A DNA stretch of 64,000 nucleotides from an uncultured Verrucomicrobiae bacterium (GTDB lineage: Bacteria; Verrucomicrobiota; Verrucomicrobiia; Chthoniobacterales; JAFAMB01), in the NCBI GenBank assembly GCA_963804425.1, contig CAWDQF010000007.1, positions 1,028,457 to 1,092,456 of the forward strand, given 5' to 3'. This document shows positions 44,237 through 52,735 of the stretch, one piece after another. Within the stretch, counting starts at the first letter, position 1, and every line of letters begins with the position of its first letter. Under the pieces are notes generated by a model. That model saw nothing but the letters and a program-made list of their open reading frames with translations, did not search any database and was not told the origin of the DNA. Position numbers and translations under genes: made by a program.

Positions 44237-45397
44237 TTATCGCGCTTCCGTCACCACTTTCGATATGCCCTTCTGGTTCGCCAAAAGCGGTCCGATATTC
44301 CACAAAATAAATCCTCCCTTTCCCTGCGGCTTAATGGTGCGCTCCAAACTAAGTTGATGAGCAATTTCACTCGCTGGCCAACCGTGGCCGGCGCCAAGCC
44401 GCTCCAAAGCGATACTGGGATAAATCGGCACCTGGTGTGGATTGGCCTCGCTACTCCGCCACCATTGCAGCAGCGCCGAGAAACTTTGTGGGCTGGCGTC
44501 TTTCCAATAAAGTTGGGGAGAGAGGTAATCAACCCAACCCTCTTTCAGCCATCTAACTGGGTCCGCGTAGAGATCCCGATATTGATCCAACTCCGCGTGA
44601 ACGGTCGGGGGTGCTCCGATCGTATAAATTCCGAATGGGCTCACACCGAAGAGCGCTTTGGGACGCACTTCTTTCACGGCGGTGTACAAACTCTCAATCA
44701 GCAGATCGACGTTGTGCCTGCGCCAATCTTCAATACCGAGTTTTCCTCCCTCTGCGCGGTATCGCGCGTAGGTCGTTCCGTCTGGAAACGTGCCCCGCGG
44801 AAGGCCCCGGCTGGGATAGGGATAGAAATAGTCATCCAAGACTATTCCCGCCACGGCGTAGCGGCTCACCAGATCTTTGACCACGCGGATCACATGTTGC
44901 CGAACCGCAGCATCGCCTGGATCCATCCAGAGCGAAGAGCTCACTCGTCGAACCGCGCCCTTGATCTGGTAAATTTCGTGAGTGTTTGCGCATGAATTGC
45001 GCGCGTTTGCCACCGCGCGATATGGATTGATCCAAGCGTGGATTTCCAAGTCGTGATGTCGTCCTTCTTCAATGAACGTTGCCAGCGGATCGTAACCGGG
45101 AGAAGCCCCCTGCGTCCCAGTTAGAAAGCGGCTCCAAGGTTCGATGTTGGATTCGTAAAGCGCATCTCCTTCCGGACGCACTTGGATCATCAAAGCATTC
45201 AACCCAGCATTCGCCGCCGCACCGACGATCCGTCGAATTTGTTCTTTTTGCTCGGAAGCGGAGAGACCTGTACGCGAAGGAAAATTGAGATTGTACACTG
45301 AGGCAACCCAAGCACCGCGAAATTCGGCGCCGGTGGCGAAATGGATCTGCGAGAGCGTCAACAAGAACCCGGAAAGAATCCCGCGAAGCGAAATCAC
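44237..45397 (-). CDS. Family-10-like glycosyl hydrolase (DUF187 / YngK-YddW type), secreted
   Basis: Signal peptide, then FRGAWVASVYNLNFPS...LNALMIQVRPEGDALYES..EPWS...HAWINPYR. Confidence 0.8.
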   Translation of the reverse strand: MISLRGILSGFLLTLSQIHFATGAEFRGAWVASVYNLNFPSRTGLSASEQKEQIRRIVGAAANAGLNALMIQVRPEGDALYESNIEPWSRFLTGTQGASPGYDPLATFIEEGRHHDLEIHAWINPYRAVANARNSCANTHEIYQIKGAVRRVSSSLWMDPGDAAVRQHVIRVVKDLVSRYAVAGIVLDDYFYPYPSRGLPRGTFPDGTTYARYRAEGGKLGIEDWRRHNVDLLIESLYTAVKEVRPKALFGVSPFGIYTIGAPPTVHAELDQYRDLYADPVRWLKEGWVDYLSPQLYWKDASPQSFSALLQWWRSSEANPHQVPIYPSIALERLGAGHGWPASEIAHQLSLERTIKPQGKGGFILWNIGPLLANQKGISKVVTEAR

Positions 45398-45499
45398 GGG
45401 TTAGATTATGGTAGAGAACCCAATTTGCAATCGGGCGATCGAATTCGATTCGGACTCTCTGCCGACGGGCGAAGATGCCCTTGATAAGCCAGACAATCC

Positions 45500-46012
45500 T
45501 TACGCGTCTGACCGAACCGCGGGAACGATGATCAGATTGATCCGGGATAATCCGCGGACCGCGGCGAATCCGCCTTCGCTTGGCAACAGAGCGAGCAATG
45601 GCCCTCCATTTTCCGCAGGAACCGGTTGTCCTGCGCTTTCCCACACCAGGCCGATCTCGGAATTCTCAAGTTCTTCAATCGGAATGGAAAGGGAATCGCT
45701 ATTCAAACTTGCAGAATCGCGATTGCGAGTAAGACCAATAAATTCGACATGCTTAGCTTGGGCCGATACCCCGACAAAGTTGAGCAACTCATTGAGCGTA
45801 CAACCTGTCCAGGTGCTCGGATCGCGCTTGGCTAAGGAATTGGCCCGCTCTCCCGATGCGGTAAACGTCCTTTGAGAGAAATAATCCTGGAGACCCTGCA
45901 CCGAAAATTGCTGGGTCCGGCTTACCAGACCAGCCACGGTTAAACGGAATCCAAGTTTTTCAGAGGGATGCTCCTGGTTAAAGGAGCCAAGCGTTGGGGA
46001 ACTGGTTTTCAT
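45500..46012 (-). CDS. Hypothetical protein with a molybdopterin-oxidoreductase-like domain and no obvious Cys ligand
   Basis: FRLTVAGLV...FSVQGLQDY...WTGCTLNELLNFVG...VEFIG...GGPLLALLPSEGGFAAVRGLSRINLI loosely follows the Oxidored_molyb pattern. Low certainty. Confidence 0.4.
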   Translation of the reverse strand: MKTSSPTLGSFNQEHPSEKLGFRLTVAGLVSRTQQFSVQGLQDYFSQRTFTASGERANSLAKRDPSTWTGCTLNELLNFVGVSAQAKHVEFIGLTRNRDSASLNSDSLSIPIEELENSEIGLVWESAGQPVPAENGGPLLALLPSEGGFAAVRGLSRINLIIVPAVRSDA

Positions 46013-46062
46013 ACGGCGCCTCCTTTTGGCGGATTATACCCGACTTAATCAGTAGGGCAATC

Positions 46063-46112
46063 AAAAAAAAAGTGGTAGCCGCCGGAGGGATCGCAGCGCT
46101 CTCCCCGGCGCC
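46063..46112 (-). terminator. Possible terminator after parA (GC-rich imperfect stem, then T9 on the minus strand)
   Basis: The minus-strand RNA reads GCCGGGGAG...CTCCGGC followed 9 nt later by nine U (plus-strand A-run 46063..46071). The gap between stem and U-run lowers confidence. Confidence 0.35.
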
Positions 46113-46115
46113 ATG

Positions 46116-46922
46116 CTAGTGGCCGTCCTTGATTCCATCACCGTTTGCTGCCTGGACCGATTGCCGATCTCTTCGCAGGAATTCTTCCGCCAGCGCCCGA
46201 TAGGCCGTTGCTCCAATCCCATGGGGGTCATATTCGATGATCGGTTTGCCGAAGCTGGGGGCTTCCCCCAATCGCACCGAGCGGGGGATGATGGTACGGA
46301 AAATCACGTTCTCAAAATGCCGGCGCACTTCGTCGACGACCTGTTGGCTGAGATTCGTCCGAGCGTCAAACATCGTCATTACGATTCCTCGAATAGTAAG
46401 AGAGGTGTTTACCATCCGAATCTGTTCTATAATTTGGGTGATTTTGGAAAGTCCCTCGAGGGCGAGATACTCGCACTGCAACGGAATGATCAACTCGTCC
46501 GCAGCGGCTAACGCGTTGGTCATGAGAATGCCGAGCGACGGTGGACAGTCCAAAAATGCGTAATCATAGGGTGCGGAGACCGGCATCGTCTTCATCACCT
46601 CGCGCAGGCGGGTCAAATGATCGTCCAGACGGGCTACTTCAATTTCGGCGCCGGCCAGATCGAGATCTGCAGGAATGATCGACAGACCGGTGATGCGGGT
46701 CGGTTTGATCTTTTCCTCCAACCGCGCGTGTCCAATCAGAGCACGGTATAAGCTATTTCCTTCACCTTCAGTGTATCCGATTGCGCTCGTCGCATTCGCC
46801 TGAGGGTCAAGATCTATGAGCAGGACACGCTTACCTTTTTCCGCAAGGCAGGAAGAAAGATTGACGGCGGTCGTGGTCTTGCCGACTCCCCCCTTTTGAT
46901 TGGCGATCGCGAATAACTTCAT
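46116..46922 (-). CDS. parA: ParA/Soj-family partition ATPase
   Basis: Deviant Walker A IANQKGGVGKTTTAVNL, then LLIDLDPQANAT. Start at ATG 46922 (MKLFAIANQKGG). Confidence 0.9.
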   Translation of the reverse strand: MKLFAIANQKGGVGKTTTAVNLSSCLAEKGKRVLLIDLDPQANATSAIGYTEGEGNSLYRALIGHARLEEKIKPTRITGLSIIPADLDLAGAEIEVARLDDHLTRLREVMKTMPVSAPYDYAFLDCPPSLGILMTNALAAADELIIPLQCEYLALEGLSKITQIIEQIRMVNTSLTIRGIVMTMFDARTNLSQQVVDEVRRHFENVIFRTIIPRSVRLGEAPSFGKPIIEYDPHGIGATAYRALAEEFLRRDRQSVQAANGDGIKDGH

Positions 46923-47090
46923 CCGTGCGCTAGTTTGGTTGGCAGGGATCGGCAAGCAAAGGAGAAAGTGCGGTAAGCTGAAGCTTCCGAGTAGTTAGCG
47001 TCGGAACGATACCTTTGGCTATCGGCTATTCATGATTGCTCCTTGCCCGGTCTTGCGGTCTAAGCGTGGTTGTTGTTCTTTACGCTCCCT

Positions 47091-50000
47091 ATGTCACCGG
47101 TTGAACTCAACGAACGGTTCCTCATGGACACGGGCGGCTGGCAAGCGATGAGACACGCCAGGGCGCTGGTTGAGATGGGCCGGGTGGTAAGTTTTAACTA
47201 TGCTCCACCGATCCTTAAGGGATTAGTTAGGGAAGGAACCACCGAATTTCGCGCCGGACTAAAAATCCGAACCAAGACCGACGTTGAAAATCTCTGTTCC
47301 TGCCGCGATTCACGGGAGTGGGGAAAAATCTGTCCGCACTCCTTGGCGATCGGACTGGCTTTCCTGCGTCCGCGCGAGTCGGTTGCCACCAAATCGATAG
47401 CGGCGGCTCCGATCACGCCAAAGGGTCCTCGTTTAGTGATCGGGGGCGATCACCCCGTCATCACGCTGTTCCTGGTTATACCTCCGACGTTCCTCTCTGG
47501 CTGGGATCGCGATCAAGTCATGCTTGGCTGCGAGGTCGAGAGCGCAGGTAGGCGGTTGTTGTCCAGCGCCCTGGATCGGACCAAAACGTTCTCCTGTTCC
47601 GCCGAAGACCACCGAGTTTTGGAGGCACTACGTGAGTTGGACGAGGGCAGCTTGCCCGGACTGACGGTGCTAAACCAGGAACAGTTTTGTCGGTGCCTCG
47701 AGTGGCTCACCGGGCATCCGCGGATCACTCTGGGGAAGACTGTTCCCGTTGCGGTCGAACGTGAAGCATTCAAGCCGAAGCTTCAGGCGCAAGAGTTGCC
47801 CGACCGGCGCTGGAAAATTAGCGCAGCGTTGGATGGAGAAACTACCGTTCTGGTCGGACCCCATTCCGCTTGGTGCTGGACCGGAGAAAAGTTCCTCCCC
47901 GTTTCGCCCGGGCTCCCGGCGTCTTACCTACCGCTCCTGCGTGAGCAGATCACGTTATCGGCCGAGCAGGGTAGCAATTTTGTCGCTCACGAACTATCTG
48001 CCTTAAGCTCATTCTTCGCGATCGACTCGATTACCGCACCGAAGCCGGTTAAGCCGGGCAGGCCAGAGGTATTCGCGACGTTCGAGGGCTCACTCAACCA
48101 TCTAAATGCCAAACTGCAATTCTTGTATGGCCAACGGATGATCACCATTGGGGCGTCTCCAGCCTCCGAGAATTTCGTTTATGAAACAACAGAAGGGAGG
48201 GCCTCCCGGAATACGCAGTTTGAAAAAAGGTGCGCTGAAGAGATTCGCTTGGCCGGATTCCAAGGGCCGGGTCCGCACGGTGATTTCACGCTGAAGGGAC
48301 AGAACCCTATTCTCGCGTTTTTCGCGCAAATCCTCCCGCATCTCCAGAAGAGATGGAACGTTTCAATTGGCAGCCGTTTTGCCAATGTCACCCGTAGCGT
48401 CGAACGCATTGCTCCGCGATTCGAGATAGTAGCTTCGGGAGTTGACTGGTTTGAGCTCTCGTATTCGTTGGAATCGGCGCGCGGTGATCGTTTTTCTACT
48501 GCGGAGATTCAGCGCCTGCTCCAGTCAGGCCAAGGATCGACAAAATTGCGCGATGGAGCTCTAGCCGTCTTTAGTCCCGACGACATCGCGGAAATTGAGG
48601 CCGTACTTCGGGACTGCGACCCGGCGCAAACGCAGCCTGGTCGATACCGCATTCCGCGGCGTCAAGCTGGTTTTCTTGATGCCGCTGCCCGCGCAGCCGG
48701 GGCCGCGTTTGTTGGCGATCACGGTTGGCAAGATTGGACCGCCGCGCAGAAACAACTGAAACCGGTGGCACCGGTATCTCTGGGAAATTTGGACGAGGTT
48801 CTGCGGCCCTATCAGAAGGAGGGCGTCTATTGGCTTCATTTTCTTCGGGAGAACCGGTTAGGCGGAATTTTGGCCGACGAAATGGGGCTGGGAAAAACGG
48901 TGCAGATTTTGACTTATTTGCGCGCCGCGACACCGCCGTCGCTGGTGGTCTGCCCGGCGTCGCTTCTGTTCAATTGGCGGCGGGAAACAGAGCGTTTCAC
49001 TCCGGAGTTGAAAGTGCTCTCGATCGATGGATCCGACCGCGGGCCCCGTTTTCGTCTGATTCCGGAGTACGATCTGGTGCTGACTAGCTACCCGTTACTC
49101 AGACGCGACATCGATTCCTACCGGCCTTTTCGTTTTGGCGCGATCATTTTGGACGAGGCGACTCACATTAAGAATCCTGACACTCAGAATGCTCAGGCGG
49201 CCACGGCCTTGCAGGGTGAGCAGCGATTTGTTCTCACCGGAACTCCCGTGGAAAATTCCGTGCGGGATCTCTGGTCCATCATGAATTTCGTGCTGCCTGG
49301 ATATCTGGGATCGCGACAAGAGTTCCGGGATCGTTATGAGCTTCCCATCAGTCGCGGATCGGAACCGGAGCGGCAGCGACTCGCTAAACGACTCCGACCG
49401 GTCATGCTTCGCCGTCTCAAGAAGGATGTGCTCCAGGATCTTCCGGAAAAATTGGAACAAACTGCTTTCTGCGATCTTTCCGATGAGCAACGAGAGCTCT
49501 ACGCGAAGCTGCAAGCTGAGGGTCGAAAGAAGTTGGATTTATTGGCGAAAGAGAAGGGCAGTAACCAGGCTCGCATGACCATGCTGACCACGCTCTTGCG
49601 GCTCCGGCAAGTATGTTGCGATCTTCGATTGCTGGGCCAGGAGGCGGCAGTTCGCTCCGGCAAGCTGGATCTCTTGCTGGAGCTGTTAGAGGAAGCGATT
49701 GACGGGGGTCATCGAGTGTTGGTGTTTAGTCAATTCGTTAGTATGCTCAATTTGATTCGGCAGGAGCTCGATAACCTGGACATCCGATACTGCTATCTCG
49801 ACGGATCGACGAAGGATCGAGCCGCCGTGGTGGACCGCTTCCAAAACCAAGCAGACACCTTGGTTTTCTTGATTAGCCTGAAAGCGGGCGGTGTCGGATT
49901 GAACTTAGCCGCAGCCGATACCGTATTTCATTTCGATCCCTGGTGGAATCCCGCCGTTGAGGATCAGGCCACCGATCGAGCGCACCGGATTGGCCAACAA

Positions 50001-50168
50001 CGGGCAGTAACATCGTATAAGCTCATTGCCCGCGGTACGGTGGAAGAGAAGATTTTGGCTTTGCAGAACAAAAAGCGCGAAATCATCGACGCTACGGTCG
50101 AGAGCGAAGAGCCGCTGATGACCGGGCTTACGCTGGACGAGATTTCGGATCTGCTCGAGGGAGAGTAG
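47091..50168 (+). CDS. SNF2-family helicase with an N-terminal SWIM zinc finger
   Basis: SWIM: CSCRDSREWGKICPHSLA. SNF2 motifs LADEMGLGKT, IILDEATHIKN, LTGTPVEN. Helicase C: LISLKAGGVGLNLAAADTVFHFDPWWNPAVEDQATDRAHRIGQ. Confidence 0.92.
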   Translation: MSPVELNERFLMDTGGWQAMRHARALVEMGRVVSFNYAPPILKGLVREGTTEFRAGLKIRTKTDVENLCSCRDSREWGKICPHSLAIGLAFLRPRESVATKSIAAAPITPKGPRLVIGGDHPVITLFLVIPPTFLSGWDRDQVMLGCEVESAGRRLLSSALDRTKTFSCSAEDHRVLEALRELDEGSLPGLTVLNQEQFCRCLEWLTGHPRITLGKTVPVAVEREAFKPKLQAQELPDRRWKISAALDGETTVLVGPHSAWCWTGEKFLPVSPGLPASYLPLLREQITLSAEQGSNFVAHELSALSSFFAIDSITAPKPVKPGRPEVFATFEGSLNHLNAKLQFLYGQRMITIGASPASENFVYETTEGRASRNTQFEKRCAEEIRLAGFQGPGPHGDFTLKGQNPILAFFAQILPHLQKRWNVSIGSRFANVTRSVERIAPRFEIVASGVDWFELSYSLESARGDRFSTAEIQRLLQSGQGSTKLRDGALAVFSPDDIAEIEAVLRDCDPAQTQPGRYRIPRRQAGFLDAAARAAGAAFVGDHGWQDWTAAQKQLKPVAPVSLGNLDEVLRPYQKEGVYWLHFLRENRLGGILADEMGLGKTVQILTYLRAATPPSLVVCPASLLFNWRRETERFTPELKVLSIDGSDRGPRFRLIPEYDLVLTSYPLLRRDIDSYRPFRFGAIILDEATHIKNPDTQNAQAATALQGEQRFVLTGTPVENSVRDLWSIMNFVLPGYLGSRQEFRDRYELPISRGSEPERQRLAKRLRPVMLRRLKKDVLQDLPEKLEQTAFCDLSDEQRELYAKLQAEGRKKLDLLAKEKGSNQARMTMLTTLLRLRQVCCDLRLLGQEAAVRSGKLDLLLELLEEAIDGGHRVLVFSQFVSMLNLIRQELDNLDIRYCYLDGSTKDRAAVVDRFQNQADTLVFLISLKAGGVGLNLAAADTVFHFDPWWNPAVEDQATDRAHRIGQQRAVTSYKLIARGTVEEKILALQNKKREIIDATVESEEPLMTGLTLDEISDLLEGE

Positions 50169-50212
50169 GGGCGCGGCATGGAGTTGACGGACTAGATCGG
50201 ATAGGCGCGACA

Positions 50213-50382
50213 CCCCTGACAGGTAGGGCGACACAGTCGCTGGCAAGCGCCACGTGTGGTAGGGTCGCTGACAAACGCCGGACTGTGAGCCTTTGCCGCC
50301 CGCACTTTGGTGTACACGCCCGGCTCGCGCGTCTCATCTCGCTGTCGCTCGACGACGACGTGTTTCGCCCTACCGGCCAGGG
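50213..50382 (+). repeat. Dispersed palindromic element family R4, copy 2 (most complete, 170 bp)
   Basis: Termini CCCCTGACAGGTAGGGCGACAC (50213..50234) and GTGTTTCGCCCTACCGGCCAGGG (50360..50382) are imperfect inverted repeats. Lies in a convergent intergenic region. Confidence 0.65.
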
Positions 50383-50436
50383 TGCTGCTTTGCGGGTCGG
50401 CTCATTTGCTACCGCGATGAGAGAGATCTCACCCCA

Positions 50437-51525
50437 TCACCGATCACCCTCATAATCGTCAACGTCGAGCGGAACAAACAATGCGCCGTGCGGGCTCTGC
50501 ATGCCGGTAACGATAGGCGTCACTAGTCCGGTGCTAAGATCCACTTTACCAAGAATGCCATCACTATCGCTTGCCGAGTACGCACCCCCTGGTTGGAACG
50601 CATCGCTCGTGACCGCGTAGACAATGTCCGCTTTGGTGTCAACGACCAGGATGGTTCCGGATGGAGCGGTTGGGAAAACGGTGTCATCGACCGTAATCTG
50701 GCTGGATGTACCGTTACTTAGGTGCAAACGGAGGCCGGCTTGGCTCGGGGAGCCAGGGCTGTTAATAAAGATCAGGTCACCGTCTCCCTGGCTGTCGAGG
50801 ACAAGGTCACCCGCTGAATCAACCTTTAACGAATCCGGGTCAGACTGTTGAGCGACAACGATTTGTCCGGTCGCGATATCTCCGAGGGATGCGGTGCCGA
50901 AAAGGACTGGTTCGACAAAAATCCGATGACCCTCTAGGCGCACTTTGACGATCGAAGGGAAAATATTTTGTCCATTCGGCGTAGACAGTGTTGGCGCTTG
51001 GAGGTTCGGGTTGGAAGCACTGATGAACGCCTCGCCCTTGAAGAAGACGGCATCATCGTAGCCGCCGCCATGCAGAGTTGGCTCAGCGTAAGTATAGTCC
51101 GTTTGTTCTCCGGATTTTGGATCGATGAGCGTCAATGCTGGATTGGCGTCTTCGTTACGCAGCGCCCAAAGTTTGTGATCGTATGGATTATACTTTAACC
51201 CGTCCGCTTTTCCTCTCACATGAAACCTCCGAAGCGCTTGGCCGGTCGAGCTATATTCGACAATGGTGCTAAAGCCGCCGCTACCGTCCGGCTGCGTGTT
51301 ATTCGCGTAAACAACGTAGATTTTTTCATTCGCAGTTGTAATGGAATCCGGATTAGTCAATCCCTGTGGCTTGGGTGCAAAGACCGATACGCCGTATGGG
51401 GCCTTGGCAGTAGGTCCTGAGGCTGTTTGCGCGTGTGCGCATAGGGCGGAAGCAACGATCGCTGACGCGATCGCAAGTTTCTTGCAGCCCATGCCGGGCG
51501 CAAATCCGTTTTTGATTTTGTGCAT
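50437..51525 (-). CDS. Secreted hypothetical protein (beta-rich)
   Basis: Signal peptide KKLAIASAIVASALCAHAQ. 362 aa. Repetitive beta-strand-like segments. I do not recognise a family. Confidence 0.6.
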   Translation of the reverse strand: MHKIKNGFAPGMGCKKLAIASAIVASALCAHAQTASGPTAKAPYGVSVFAPKPQGLTNPDSITTANEKIYVVYANNTQPDGSGGFSTIVEYSSTGQALRRFHVRGKADGLKYNPYDHKLWALRNEDANPALTLIDPKSGEQTDYTYAEPTLHGGGYDDAVFFKGEAFISASNPNLQAPTLSTPNGQNIFPSIVKVRLEGHRIFVEPVLFGTASLGDIATGQIVVAQQSDPDSLKVDSAGDLVLDSQGDGDLIFINSPGSPSQAGLRLHLSNGTSSQITVDDTVFPTAPSGTILVVDTKADIVYAVTSDAFQPGGAYSASDSDGILGKVDLSTGLVTPIVTGMQSPHGALFVPLDVDDYEGDR

Positions 51526-51872
51526 AGGTTTTTTGGTCTGTTTTTCGTACGCCGAAGGTCGTCGCCAACAACAGGTTGCTTAGACAGCGAATAACGTCCC
51601 GCAGTGGCGATCCTCCTTACTCTTTCCCTAAGGTCCCACGAGCTTTGAAGTGTAGCTGTTATCGCCGAAAATTGGTGTCCCAGAATTGTTACTTTCTCGT
51701 GACATTTCGCGCCCGAGGAATTGCATCGGCGTGCCATGGCCATCTTTGGCGAAAAGAAATAGTTGTTCGCCCTGGCTCTCGTTCAGAAAGAACGACAAAG
51801 GCCCTTGCCCGTGCAGGGGCCTCCGTCCTTCAATTTCTTCTCGACGGAAGGGAATTTAAGCTAGAGTCCGAG

Positions 51873-52625
51873 ATGCCTTCCGATGCCTCCACCCTAAACA
51901 TTGATTTCAAAAACCGTCGCGTCCTAGTAACTGGGGCAGGAAAAGGAATTGGTCGCGACACGGCGATAATGTTAGCGCACTATCATGCCAAAGTAGTTGC
52001 CGTCAGTCGCACGGAGGCGGATCTGAAAAGTCTCCAGGATGAAATCGACTGCGAAACGATCATGGCAGACCTCGGCGATGCGGCGGCCGCCAAACGAGCC
52101 GCGGAGCAAGCCGGCGACATTGATTTGCTCGTGAACAACGCAGCCATCGCGATTTTACAGCCGTTTCTCCAGACGACTCCGGAGGCCTGGGACACGACCT
52201 TGGCGGTGAATCTTCGAGCCATTGTCATCGTGAGCCAAGTAATTGCCGCTCAAATGATCAAACGCGGCGCTACCGGTTCCATCGTCAACGTTTCGAGCAT
52301 GGCCGCATTTCAAGCACTAAAGGATCATGCCGCCTATTGTACTTCCAAGGCGGGCTTGGATCAGTTGACCAAGGTGATGGCGCTTGAGCTGGGCGAGTAC
52401 GGTATCCGCGTGAATTCGGTCAACCCAACGGTCGTGATGACCGAAATGGGTAAGCGCGCGTGGAGCGATCCGGCCAAGGGAGGACCAATGCTGAAGCGTA
52501 TCCCTCTCAACCGTTTCGCGGAATGCAACGATATCGCGTCGGTGATCTGCTTTTTGCTGAGTGACGCTGCTGGCATGTTGAACGCGCTCGCCCTGCAGAT
52601 CGATGGCGGATTCCACGCGACGTAG
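51873..52625 (+). CDS. Short-chain dehydrogenase/reductase (carbonyl / L-xylulose reductase-like)
   Basis: VLVTGAGKGIGR, NNAA, and the S...YCTSK catalytic motif. Start at ATG 51873 (MPSDAST). The upstream 99 codons of the track ORF are non-coding-looking. Confidence 0.88.
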   Translation: MPSDASTLNIDFKNRRVLVTGAGKGIGRDTAIMLAHYHAKVVAVSRTEADLKSLQDEIDCETIMADLGDAAAAKRAAEQAGDIDLLVNNAAIAILQPFLQTTPEAWDTTLAVNLRAIVIVSQVIAAQMIKRGATGSIVNVSSMAAFQALKDHAAYCTSKAGLDQLTKVMALELGEYGIRVNSVNPTVVMTEMGKRAWSDPAKGGPMLKRIPLNRFAECNDIASVICFLLSDAAGMLNALALQIDGGFHAT

Positions 52626-52735
52626 GCAGTCGGGTGTAGGAAAAGATGCTCACGCAAAGGCGCTAAGACGCAAAAGGAGAACGATTGGCGGATCTAATCG
52701 GCGAAATCGGCGTAATCTGCGGTTCAAGTGTGCCG

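Noticed and set aside
44354-44995. 213-aa plus-strand ORF.
   Set aside because: It is antisense to the GH10-like gene, whose product has clear family strings and a signal peptide.
47091-50168. The SNF2 helicase as the core of a defence island (DISARM/Zorya-like).
   Set aside because: No methyltransferase, nuclease, PLD, DUF1998 or Zor-like partner genes lie adjacent. The neighbours are parA and a secreted protein, and SWIM-SNF2 proteins are common housekeeping-type bacterial genes.
50128-50526. Small ORFs (50128..50337 and 50293..50526) in the SNF2 / secreted-protein spacer.
   Set aside because: They lie within the R4 palindromic element, have Arg/Ala/Pro-rich composition, and sit in a convergent-terminator position.
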